DNA of 64,000 bases from Takakia lepidozioides (taxonomy: Eukaryota; Plantae; Bryophyta). The notes below the pieces were generated by a model. It was given only the letters and a program-made list of their open reading frames with translations. It was not told the DNA's origin and did no database searches. This document shows positions 13,365 to 25,500 of the stretch, in pieces (the first letter of the stretch is position 1; every line of letters begins with the position of its first letter). Location of the stretch: contig CM060734.1 of NCBI GenBank assembly GCA_030704615.1, positions 4,154,001 through 4,218,000 of the forward strand. The letters are read 5' to 3'. A program made the translations under genes and the position numbers.

Positions 13365-16300
13365 CTATCCAATGCATTGTGGACATAACCAATCCCCATC
13401 CGGAACCATCTCAAGAGGTGGAGTCAAGCATCCCATATGCCAACCTCTAGAGCATCGATCACACACCAGCATGGTGGCTGCCCCTTTAGCAGACCCACAC
13501 AATATGCACCTCAAACTTGCAGATACCACTGCCAGGTTTGGGTCAATCCTGCCATCGACATTCGGAAGGTGACATGGCGCACAATTACGCACATGGTCCT
13601 TCCAAGTTATGCCATCCCGACCCTCCAAGACCAAGACGCCTGAGGGCAAGACCTCTCGAACCCTCAAAATAACACGTCCTGCAGTCACATCCAAGGTCAT
13701 AGGAGCAGTCTGTTGCAGATAGACATAGTCACCAGGGTTGAATCTCCGAATCCCAGGACGATAGCCCCACCACGTATGGTAGCATACCTCAACGTATCAC
13801 GGTGTTGTGCAATGGCAAGGTTCTCGAAAGCCATGGGCATGACTTTTTTGAACAATTCTGCACGCTGCTCACATGCACGTGCCCACACGTCCGGATCGTC
13901 AAGGTTAAGAACTGTAGCAGCTTCCCTGCGAATGGATGTAGGCAAATCCGGCTCTCGGCCAAAGAGAAGAAAGTATGGTGAGAAGGAGGCAAGTGATGCT
14001 TACTTGCTGAACCTGTAGCCCATGGCTAACCAAGGTAACTGAAGGTCCTATTCTCCTAGGTGTCCCTTCTGCAAGCCATACCTACGCAAACCCCTCTTTA
14101 CTGTCTGAACAACTCTCTCTGCCAAGCCATCGGCCTCAGGATGATCCCGAGAAGTGGTGCGGTGGTCTATCAAGGCCTTGTCACACAAAGCCTGAAACTC
14201 CCCCAAGAACTCTATCCCTTGGTCCGTGAGTACCTCAGCTGGAGCACCGAATTGGCTAAGCACACAATCCAAGAATGCATACGCAGCTCCCTCACTAGCC
14301 TTATCAGGCAATGGAACCAACTCAATCCACTTGGAAAAGTGCTCCACCATCACCAACACGTACTTGTTGTGACGCATGGTCAGTGGCAATGGCCCTGCAA
14401 AGTCAAGACTCCACCTGTAGCCCAATCCCATGATCGGAAGAGGGTGCAATTGTGGAGTAGGGGCGTTGAATGAAGCACGTACCCTGTCACACACCATGCA
14501 CCTAGCCACAAATTGTTGCACCTCTGTGTGCATACCACGCCACCAATACTGCCCCTGCAGTAGACTATGAGTGCGTCGCACCCCAAAATGCCCCAACTCC
14601 TCATGGGCATGCCGCACTAACCGTGCCCGCTGTGTTGGGTGAGGCACAATCCTCACTCGACCATCCTCCCACACTCGGAGCAGGTGCGTCCCCTCCCACT
14701 TGAACCTCTTGGCTTGTTGTAGGATCCGATCCCTCTCCTTGGCAGTCACAGTGACTGCAGTGTCTCCAGTGCGGAGGTAGTCCAACACAACTGAATCCTC
14801 ATGTATATCTTTGACGCCACCTTGCTCATTGCTGGCCTCAGGGTCCTCAGACACTTGATCTACAGTCATCCCTGTTGCAGGTCCAACCTGGCCTTCCGCT
14901 ACCAAGATACACAGAAATGCAGATGCATGTCATCCGAGCACCATCTCCTCGTCCGTCTCACCATGCCACCGAGCTCCAGTGTCATCCTGCTGGCTCGTGC
15001 ATGGATTGCGACTCAACCCATCTGCATTGCGATTGACCAAATCCGGTCGATGCACCACCTGAAAGTCATACTCTTGAAGGATGAGTGCCCACCGTGCAAG
15101 CTTCCCCGTAAGCTTGTCTGACTCCATCAACCACTTGAGTGGTTGGTGATCCGTGACAAAGGTGAAGAGATTGCCGTATAGATAGCACCTGAAGTGTGCC
15201 ACGGCCCACACTGCAGCTAAGCATTCTCCCTCATATGAGCTATACTTAGACTCTGCAGCATTGTTCGAGCGGCTAGCATAAGCCACTACGAACTCTCTTC
15301 CCTCATCATCCACCTGTGTGAGCACCGCTCCAAGCCCCAGCATGCTCCAATCTATATGCAGCTGAAAAGGACGCCCCCTGATAGGTCGTCTCAAGATGGG
15401 CGCCGAGGTCAACCTCGCCTTGAGCTCTTGAAAAGCTTGTTCTTGCTCATCTTCCCACTGCCACTCCTGGTCCACCTTGGTCAGCTTGGTTAGAGCCTTT
15501 GCAATGGCACTAAATCCCTTAACAAACCGTCTGTAATAGTTTGCTAACCCCATGAAAGCTCGAACTCGGCTCACATCCGTGGGGCGTGGAACCTGTGCAA
15601 TGGACTCTACCTTAGTCTGATGTACCCCCAATCCTCCAGGATATATCATGTGACCCAGATACTCAATCTGGTTGTGAAAAAACTTGCACTTGCCCGGATG
15701 TAACTTCAATCCGTGCGTCCTCAAGCGCTCAAATACCCCTTGAAGGTGTCTCTCATGCTCCTCCACCGTAGCACTAAAGATGATGATGTCATCTATGTAG
15801 CACCGAGCAAACTCCACCCCTGCTAGAATCCTGTCCATGACTCTTTGAAACTCAGCGGGGGCGTTTTTAAGCCCAAATGGTAAGAACCGCCACTGATATA
15901 GGCAATCCTTCCCATGCTCATTGATCCCCCAGAATGCCGTCTTTTGCTTATCCGCCTCCTTGATCGGCAACTGGTGATATCCGGATCGTAAATCCAACGT
16001 GCTAAAGACCTTGGAATGCCCAATGGCATCAAAGATCTCCTCTGGTGTCGGCATGGCATACCTATCGGACTTGGTCTGACGATTTACAGGCCGGTAATCA
16101 CCGCACATACGTCTCTCCGTCCAATTGCCATAGACATCCTTCTTGGCTGGCATCACTGTGGCTGAAGCATACTCTCCACCAGAGAGCTCCACCAAACCAG
16201 CCTCCCAAAGGTCCTGAGTTCTCATATGAATCAAGGACCTCTCCATGTCACTGTATCTATAGGGTCTCCGAAAGATTGGCGTGTCAGTAGCCAATTCAAT

Positions 16301-19300
16301 GCGAATCTCTTGACCCTTCAATGCTCCTAAGTTCTTCAAACTGAAGGCAAAGCAGTTCCTGTAAGCCCTCAAGAACCACCGTATACGTCGTCTCTCTCCT
16401 CCGGTGACTATAGGTCCAACATCAGGCTCCCAGTTGTCCTCCGTGACTGCAACCTTGAGTCCAGCAGGCTTAGAGGTAGAAGACGAGTCCCGTGGTTGCT
16501 ATGCTGCAACCTCTTGAGCAGTGCTCCCCGCCTGCTCAGTCAATGACAAGGCCTTATCCTGCCCCATCATCTCATCCTTGAGGACCTCATCAACCCGAGA
16601 AGAATCCCCAACCTCATCCATCACAACTGCCTTGGCTGCCAACTCCCTCTGAACCTCACATCCTCTGCATGGGCATTGCCTTCCAGCAACTCTCCAGGCC
16701 AACTAACTGCAGCTGTAAAGACGGCTAGTGTTGGCATCTTGCCCCGTTGGGCAGCCGCAATACCCCCAATGATTGTCACAGGGAGCTGTGCACGACGACC
16801 ATCCCCTGACTGCCATCCAGGCCTGTAGGATGTTGACTCATCCCAAAAGTCCAGGGTGAAGCCCATGGGATATAACACTGCCCCACCAACGAGGACATCG
16901 TAAGAGACCACGTCTGTCACAATGGCCTTGGCTCGCATCACTGAGCCATCTACAGGATGATCTGCTTGTAGTCTAATGGCCAACTGATGCCGTGTCATGC
17001 CCCGAGCCTGCTCTGATCCTCCCAGAGATGTCTGTATCTGGAAAGGACAAGGCTCCATATCCGCCTCCATGAGGCCCAAACCTGCAATAGCAGCTCTGCC
17101 CAACATCAGTGGCTGAGCTCCTGAGTCCAACAAGACCCGAAGTGGCCGGTACTTCTTGCCTGCTGGTCCACTCAAAGAGAAAATGTCATCCTGATTGTCT
17201 AACAAGACAACTCCAGGTGTCACCATGGCGCGCTCAAAGGTTGGCCTAGCTGGCAGTTCCGTCAACCTGGCAGCTACAGCTTGCCATGGCGCAGCCGTGG
17301 CAGTCTTGACCCTCAAATCTGAGGATCCCTCTGCCACTACACCTTCCAGTAACTCCGCAGAAGATGAAGTGACCTCCCCACTCTCACAGAGTGTTTGCTG
17401 CTAGTCTGAACACTGCAGCTGGCCTTACCCCCGGCGTCGCAATCATGGTTGTCGAGAACAGTGGGGCTTGACACACAGAGGTGGCTGCCCCCAATAACAC
17501 ACCGGCTGCACTAGCCTTGGTAGCAGGTGTCGGTGCTGCATGTGTAGCTCTCCCCAATGGCATAGTAACCTCCGCCTCGGTAACAGTCGGGCGAGAACTA
17601 GGTGCCATGGATGGCGTCAACACAGTCTCCGCCAATGTGAATGACTGAGGAAGCCTCGTCTGACGGCTTGCCTCCCCACGCTGTGGATCCAATTCCACCT
17701 CTGCACCTCGTGGCTCAGGAACTCGTGCTGCTTCTCGAGTCACGGCTGCAGCAGACTCCACTTGCACTAGTGGTAGTGCTGCTCCGCACATGAATCCCAT
17801 GCCTCCCATATCTCCTCCCTCAGGAGCAGGAGGTGGACCATCCCGCCTGGGAGCCGGTACCGCCTGAGCTATAGCCATTGCAGCGAGCCTCTGCTCTAGC
17901 TGCTGAAGCCGGTTGGCCATGTCTTGGTCAACACCCTGACCACCGCGTCCTTGGCCATGTTGAGCTTGCCCTTGGCCTGCACCTAGTGCCCGACCACCTC
18001 GTCCTCTCTGGGCTGGTCCACCTCGCCCCCGGCCACCATTGTTCCCTTGGAACTGTCCTGGGCGCAACTCAGGATGCAAGTCATAACACTGGGCATCTCC
18101 ATGCCCATACTTGCCACAATGCCCACACTGCAACTGTGCAGGCTGTGCTTGTGCCGGCCTTTTGCCACTCTCTGGGCAATCTCTCTTGACATGGGGTCCT
18201 CCACATGTCCAACATATCACCCCTGGTTGTTGTTGGCCTGCAAAAGATGCCACGGGCCTCTGCACCTGAGGTCCCCTGTAAGCTCCATGGAACTTGGGTT
18301 GGGAAACCTTGCCCCCCTGACCACGCTATTGGGCAGTCCCTTGTGCCTGTGGGCTGGCAGCTGCGCCTCGTGCAGGCATGTCCTTGCCAAATCCAATGGT
18401 AACAACTCGCTCCTCCACCATGTTGAGCTCAATCCGCTCAGCCAGCAGAAACACATCTGCTAATGTGGGTTGGACTGCTTGTAACAGGGTTGCATCTCGC
18501 ACCCTTCTCTTGAGCTCCTTGTCCAGAATTCCATACCAAAACTAGATTGCCTGAGCTTCAGTAACCCCTTGGGTCACACTTATCAAGCGCCTCATACGAG
18601 TGTACGCCTCTCGCAGGCTCTCACTGGGTTTGCGCTGGAAGTCTTGCAAACTTCGCAGCTTCTCTGTCCGTACATCTTGGTAGTTCCTCCGCAACTCCTG
18701 GAAGAACTCCACCACCGGGTTGAATCTAGGCACATGTGTTGTAGTCGTGGCAGCAGGAGCACTAGCACCTTTTGAACTGGTACCACCTGTAGAAGTACCG
18801 ACACTACTTGCTCCTCTACTAGTGCTGGCAGTGGGAGATATTGGTACTGATGCAGCTACTGGTCGCGTCATGCCTCGAGTAATGGAGACGTAGTCAGGTG
18901 ACCAATACATCCTCCACTCCTCAATTTCTGCTTCATGTCCTCGCCTGAACTCGTGGTAATCGTCCATAGGCGGGCCTTCCAAATGCTGGAACAGTCTCTT
19001 CCACGCCATGAATGGGGTGAATAGCTATGGAATGCGCATCTGCTGCAAATCACACCAGCTGTCGAACTCCTGGATAAAGTCATCCAACTCGATTGTGCCC
19101 ATAGCTCCAGAGTACCTACGAGGCCCCTTGGTAGCTCCATACATCTCCTCCATGTCGTCCCACAACAATGGCGAATGAAACTGCACACCTGTTGATGAAG
19201 CCTCCGAGTCTGTGTCTGACTCTGCACTAGTTGAGGATGGAGGTGAAGGTGGTCTGAACCGAATACCTCGTCTCGTGAACCCACTCTCACTGTTACTGCC

Positions 19301-19378
19301 TGTAGCCGTACTCCCCTCAAAACCCTTGGGTAACTCCGTGATGACACTCACAATGTGCACCTCCCCCACGTGACACAC
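13365..19378 (-). pseudogene. Frameshifted gag-pol of the split-LTR Gypsy: Gag (2 Zn knuckles), protease, RT, RNase H, DDE integrase, C-terminal PHD finger
   Basis: CWTCGGPHVKRDC and CGHCGKYGHGDAQC; LLDSGAQ; LPFGLKNAP and YIDD; RNase H; HHCC plus SLDFAG/LTDQG/GLAERVV; C4HC3 PHD CILC...CDRC...HMGC...WLCPQC. Confidence 0.93.
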
Positions 19379-20574
19379 TATAGGGCTCTAGTACTTATTC
19401 TAATAGTAACACGGGTGAGCACCTGTTGCGGATTAAGGGTCATATTCCAATGGCTCAGGGCACCTGCACCTGCATCCACCGCAAGAACTCCTATGGTTGG
19501 CTGGTCATCAACCCAGCTTCACCATAGAAGAAACACTGGTGGTCTTGCTGGTCATCACTCCAGCCTCACCACCGACAGCATACTCTAGGATTGACCAGTG
19601 ATCAAATCCGGCCTAATCCCTATAAAAGCAAGCGCCCACACAAAACCAACATGGCGCACAGTCAAACATGCAGGTGTTGGGGGGGATCCAAACACAAGAA
19701 TTCAAAACATCAACACCCCCACACCAAAATCCAGCTGCAATGCTGATCCTACAGAATAGCCCTGCCCAAAACCCTGGACTGACTGGCCTCCACCAAGAGA
19801 GGCTTTGGCAACTACGAGTACAAGGTAATGAAAATAGTACAGTGTCTAGGCCCTTTGCCTTGAGGGCAGGGGGTCGGGACACATGAGGGGCTGCCCCTGT
19901 GGTGGGGGCAGCGGCAGCGATACGTATGGGGGGGCTGAAGCACCCTTGAGTGCCCAAGGCACTCAAGGAGGCGGAGGCGCTCACTAGGTAGAGCCCCGCA
20001 CACCGGGTTGCGGTGGGGGTGGCTCCACAAGGGGTGGTGGTAGCTTAGCGGGACTTAGTGGGGGTGGCATAGGACTCACCATGGGGGCGGAGACCTCGTG
20101 GTGGGAGTCGTGGGGAGTCTTGGGACTCATCACGGTCCAGAGGGGCCGTGGTGAGTGGGCCAAGACTCACCGCGACTCATCACCAGGAGTCGAGGGTTTT
20201 CGTGGTGGTTCGCCATAAAATGGCATGGCTGGTTGTGAAACCCCTGCGAACAGCTACAGAAGTATATATAAGGGGAGTAGTGACCCCAAGAACGGTGCAA
20301 GCCCATTGGTGACCAAAAACTAGTGAGTAAGCGAGCGAGCCGGAAAGCGACCAAAGAGTGGGGAGTTGTTCCGGACTGCCATCTACCAAAGGGAATTCTC
20401 CTAGGCCCTAATAGGTGGAGGGTTTAGTGGGAAGCGAAGGGGGGACCGTTATGTCCCGGTGAGCAGCCGAAGCTCCAAGTTGGCCCGGGCGGCCAGGTTG
20501 GGAGTCAGGCGTGCGCATTGGAGCGAGTAACTATGACTTGAAGGGGAGCTTACCGAAGTGAGGTGCGCGACACT

Positions 20575-20586
20575 TGGTATCAGAGC
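20575..20586 (+). promoter_or_regulatory. Primer-binding site for initiator Met tRNA (outer chromovirus)
   Basis: TGGTATCAGAGC two bases after the LTR end; the inner copy has the same site at 28621-28632 (minus strand). Confidence 0.95.
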
Positions 20587-22519
20587 TTAGAGTTCAGTAC
20601 GCGATCGTCCTTGGGATTGGCCTCATCATGGGGTCGGGCAAGCCAAGCGAAAGCGAACGGCCCAAAAGATGATGATCCTGGTGAGCCCGATGGGGGCGAC
20701 GTGTCACCGAAGCGGCCGTTTGAGGAAGCGACGCAGGTTTCTGAAAGCGAGGCCGCTCAAGAGCAGAAGGAATCCGTGAGAGCTCCAACCGACCAACAAT
20801 GCCTCCCATGCCGCAGCCTTTTGGAGGGTTGTTGGCGCAGTTTGGCGGGACGTTGAAAGACGTGTTGAAGGCGGCTACTGCCACTTCCACTAAGGCAAAG
20901 TTTAAAGTGAAGCCTAAGGAACCCGGCACCTTCGAGGGCGTCCGATCCGACAGGCACTCACACCAGGCTCCTGGAGCTAGAGGAGTACTTCCGGGCGGCC
21001 AAGTTGAGTGACGAGGATCGGGTTGGAAGTGGCTCCCACCTATTTGAGGGGCTATGCTCACAATGGTGGCAGAAACGCCTTCACGACCGTGGCCCAGCCC
21101 GGAAACCTTGAACTGGAGTGGGTTCAAGGAATTGATGAAGAGACAGTTTGTGCCCCTCAACGCGTCCTGGCTTGCCGGGACAAGATGAGGAATTTGAAGC
21201 AAACAAATGACATTTGGGGGTATGTCCAGGCTTTCAATGTGCTTTTGCTCTCTAAGTCGCGGACATGGCACCGAACCAGAAATGGTCTTCAACTTTGTGG
21301 CGGGACTGGCCCCATGGGCCAGGCGGAAGTTGGAGGAGAAGCCACCCAGACTTTGAACGAGGCAATTGAGAGGGCTAAATGTTTCTCGGATGTCCCTAGG
21401 GGTGAGAGACAAGGCCGTACGGAGCTGACCACAAGAAGACCCGCGGGAAGTGACTCCTTCCGACTGGAAAAGAAGTGGGATAGGCCCCGCGGCGACAATG
21501 GCACGTGGAAATCGAAGGGAGGGCCTTCACACGTCAAGGCGGCACCCTTGCTTTGAAAGGAAAAGCGGGTGGAGCGGCTTATGGCGGACAGAAGGCAACC
21601 TTTGATGGAGTGTGGTTCCAATTGCGGGAGCCCGGGCACTGGCCAGAAGTGCACAAAACCTCGACAATGAACATGACTCGGCAACCACGGAGCTGTCGGA
21701 AGATACCATCAGTCGCTTGGTGGAAGCGGTGGTCGCCAGGACTTGCAAGGTAGGGCACACTATTCTTGTAGTTGTATCAGGAACGGCGCCCTGCGTAAGG
21801 GAGTCAGTTATTGTTCGTGGATGGGATAATATCCGGAACTAACGTGTCGTTGTTGGTGGACACAGGAGCGTCGCACTCCTTCATGATGTTGGCGGCGGCG
21901 CGAAAGTTGGGACTCCCGACAAGTGACGTGGGGGCCTCTATTGAGGTGCGCTCTACCAAAGGAGAACCTCAGTTGGCAACAAGGTTGGCGTTTGATGTTC
22001 CTCTTCAACTGGGGAGTTGGAGGGATGTGAGAACTTCACATCTGCGAGATCGATGGAGTGGATCTCATTTTGGGGATGACCTTTTTGAGCAAGTCATAGA
22101 TGGCCGCAAGAGAGTAGTCACACACTGCATGTGGGAATGGTGGCGAGGTTTTACGAGTGTCGGAAACACCCAAATCCGTGGGAGGACTAAACCTTCTGTC
22201 AGCAAAGAGTGGGCCGTGGAGGAGGCACACGAGCCCCAATTTTTGCTTTACATTAGAGAAGTGAAAGAAGAAGGCCATGGGGAGCCGAGCCCAGATTGGA
22301 TCAAGGGGATTTAGGAGAAATACAAGGATGTGATGCCGGAGGATTTACCAAGCGGCTTGCCACCACGAAGAGGGTTTGACCACAAGATTGAGGTGATACG
22401 GGATCGGAACCGCCTGCCAAGCGCCCTACCGGGTGAGCACAGAGAGTTGTTTGAGCTGAAGACTCAGCTCAAGGATCTAATGTCAAAGGGGTACATCCGG
22501 CCGAGTAAGTCACCTTACG

Positions 22520-25500
22520 TGTCGCGCACCTCACTTCGGTAAGCTCCCCTTCAAGTCCTAGTTACTCGCTTTGATGCGCGCGCCTGACTCCAACCTGGCC
22601 GCCCGGGCCAACTTGGAGCTTCGTCTGCTCACGCCGGACATAACGGTCCCCCCTTCGCTTCCCTCTAAACCCTCCACCTAATTGGGACTAGGAGAATTCC
22701 CTTTGGTAGATGGCAGTCCGGAACAGCTCCCCACTCTTTGGTCGCTTTCCGGCTCGCTCGCTTACTCACTAGTTTTTGGTCACCAACGGGCTTGCACCGT
22801 TCTCGGGGTTACTACTCCCTATATAACTTCTGTAGCTGTCCGCGGGGGTTCCACAACCAGCCATGCCATTTTATGGCGAACCACCACGAAAACCCTCGAC
22901 TCCCGGTGATGAGTCGCGGTGAGTCTTGGCCCGCTCATCACGGCCCCTATGGACCGTGATGAGTCCCAAGACTCCCCACGACTCCCACCACGAGGTCTCC
23001 GCCCCCATGGTGAGTCCTATGCCACCCCCACTAAGTCCGCTAAGCTACCACCACCCCTTGTGGAGCCACCCCCACCGCAACCCGTGTGCGGGGCTCCACC
23101 TAGTGAGCGCCTCATCGTGTCCCGACCCCCTGCCCTCAAGAAAGGCCGCGACACACACCCTTACCAACAGGAGTCGATGTCCTCATCGATTGTCTATTTT
23201 GTAGAAACGAACACCAAGTTGTGCGTCCCACATCAAGGAGTTTTGTTTCTGTACCATGGCGTCCCATGGCAAAGAACCAAACCCACACTGACTCTACTCT
23301 CCACTAGCTAGTTCGGCCGACTTCCCCAATTCCCGCCAAGGTGGAGCCTCTCAAGCTCTCCCAGTGCACTCTTCTTGGCCTACTTCAAGGCCAAGGAACG
23401 ATCCTCCCCGAGGATCGAATCGCCTTACTGCAACAATATTGCTTGCGATCCGCTCACGATGCCGCTTTTGGCATCACCTTGAGCAAGGTTCACCTGGAAC
23501 CCTCTTTGCTAGGAAGATAACCTTGAACCAACCGTGCGCCCCAATCACTACAATTGGGTCCGCCTTGGAATGCTGGCCTGAGGACGGGAACACGCCAAGC
23601 CGCACTACGACTTCGTCCCGAGGCTACACGATTATAGTACGTGAACAGGAAGCACGTAGCTTCCGCGTTAGCCCGCACTACAAGGCAACCCCTCGGTAGC
23701 GCAGTTATAGTACGCGCTTGCGCCAGGTGCGGCACTAGCACGGAACTCCCAAAGAAGGCCGCAAGTTTCCTTGCCCCTTGGATGGGAGTCACCCGATTTC
23801 GGCACTGCGCAAACACACGATTACCCCATTTACCTCTCCCACTTTTATAAGCTAGCATGCATTCTACACACTAGCCAACCACACCATGCATCACCATTCC
23901 AACACAATAGGACGCACAATATTTGGAACCCATTTCCTTTATAACAATTTTTGTACAATACAAGTTTTGGCAATCGGATTCCTGAGCTAGCTAAACCGGG
24001 CTAAGCATGCATTTCCTCCCCCACGCTCCAAGGTTGATGTCCCCATCAACGCTCTTCCGCTTTTGAGGTCGCCCTTCGAAAGCTGCAACCGCCTCGATGC
24101 GTTTCCATTTCTGAGGCACGCACCCAAGATGCCTCCACATGATGATAGACCTTCCATTTGACGAGATACTCCGTTTCTCGGTTCCTGAACCTTCTCGACT
24201 TAAGTATTGCCTCCACCTCGTACTCAGGTTCATTTTCATGATCCAACAGCATAGGTGGCGGACAACACACTTGATGCCGATTCGGACGCGCTTCATCTTT
24301 GAAGTAAGGCTTCAAAAGGGAGACATGGAATACTGGGTGCACCTTGCTGTTTGCCGGCAGCTCCAATTCATACACATCCTCATTCATAACCTTCCGAATG
24401 CGAAAGGGTCCCGCATACGGAGGTACGAACTTCGGACTCACTTCCGGAGGTAGTCGGAAATTCTTGATGTTCAACCAGACCTCTGTGCCTGCCTCAAACT
24501 TCACTTCCTCCGCTTCCGATTCGCCTGCCTTTCATACCGTTTCCTAGCTTTGGCAATGTTGTACTTTGCGAGCTTCAACAAACGCTCGCGTTCTTCCAGT
24601 ACCGCCGCTACTGCCGGTTCCTCAACGTCCTGGGCGGCCCAACTTGTCGGCACCAGAGGTGCTTTTCCATAGACCAATACGAAAGGGGAAACTCCCGTTG
24701 CGGAGTGTTCTGTGTTATTATAACAGAACTCTGCCGCGTCTAAGTGTTCCATCCAGTCTGATTGGTCTGCCGACACGTAATTCCGCAAGAATTGCTTCAC
24801 TACGGAATTCACTCTTTCGTTTGGCCGTCCGTCGTAGGTCGGAAGGCGGTGCTCATCTTCAGCCTCGTCCCCATCTTCTTCCAAAGTGTCCTCCAAAATT
24901 TACTCGTAAACTTTGGATCGCGGTCCGAGACAATATCCTTCGGGACTCCATGATGCTTTAAGACGTGGGCGAAGTAAAGTCGCCCTGTCTCCTGCGCCGT
25001 TGCCGTCTCCTTGGTGGGGATGAAATGGCCCATTTTACTGAACCTATCCACCACCACCATGATTGCATCGAATCCTTTTGACAGCGGCATAGCAGTCATG
25101 AAATCCATCGAGACGCTTTCCCAAGTCCCCTCTGGAATCGGCAAGGGTTGTAACAGCCCCGCTTGCTTTTTGTACTCGCTCCGGTTTTGTTGGCATGTGG
25201 TGCATGTCTTGACATACTCCTCTGCCTCCTCCCTCAGTTTGGGCCAGAAATACTCTTTCTTCAAGAGTGCCGCAGTGCGCTTGGCTCCGCCGTGGCCCGC
25301 AAGCGGGCTATCATGGCATTCTCTCAAGAGGCTATCTCTGATCCCTCCCTTTGGCACGTAGAGACGCTTTTGCTTATACCGGAGCAGTCCATTTTGCAAG
25401 TGGAACTGCGATTTAACCCCCATCCTCAAGTCCTGCATCACGGACTTTGCCAGCTCATCCTTCCGGCAAGCCTTCCGGATCTTCCTTTGGAGCGCCGTCT

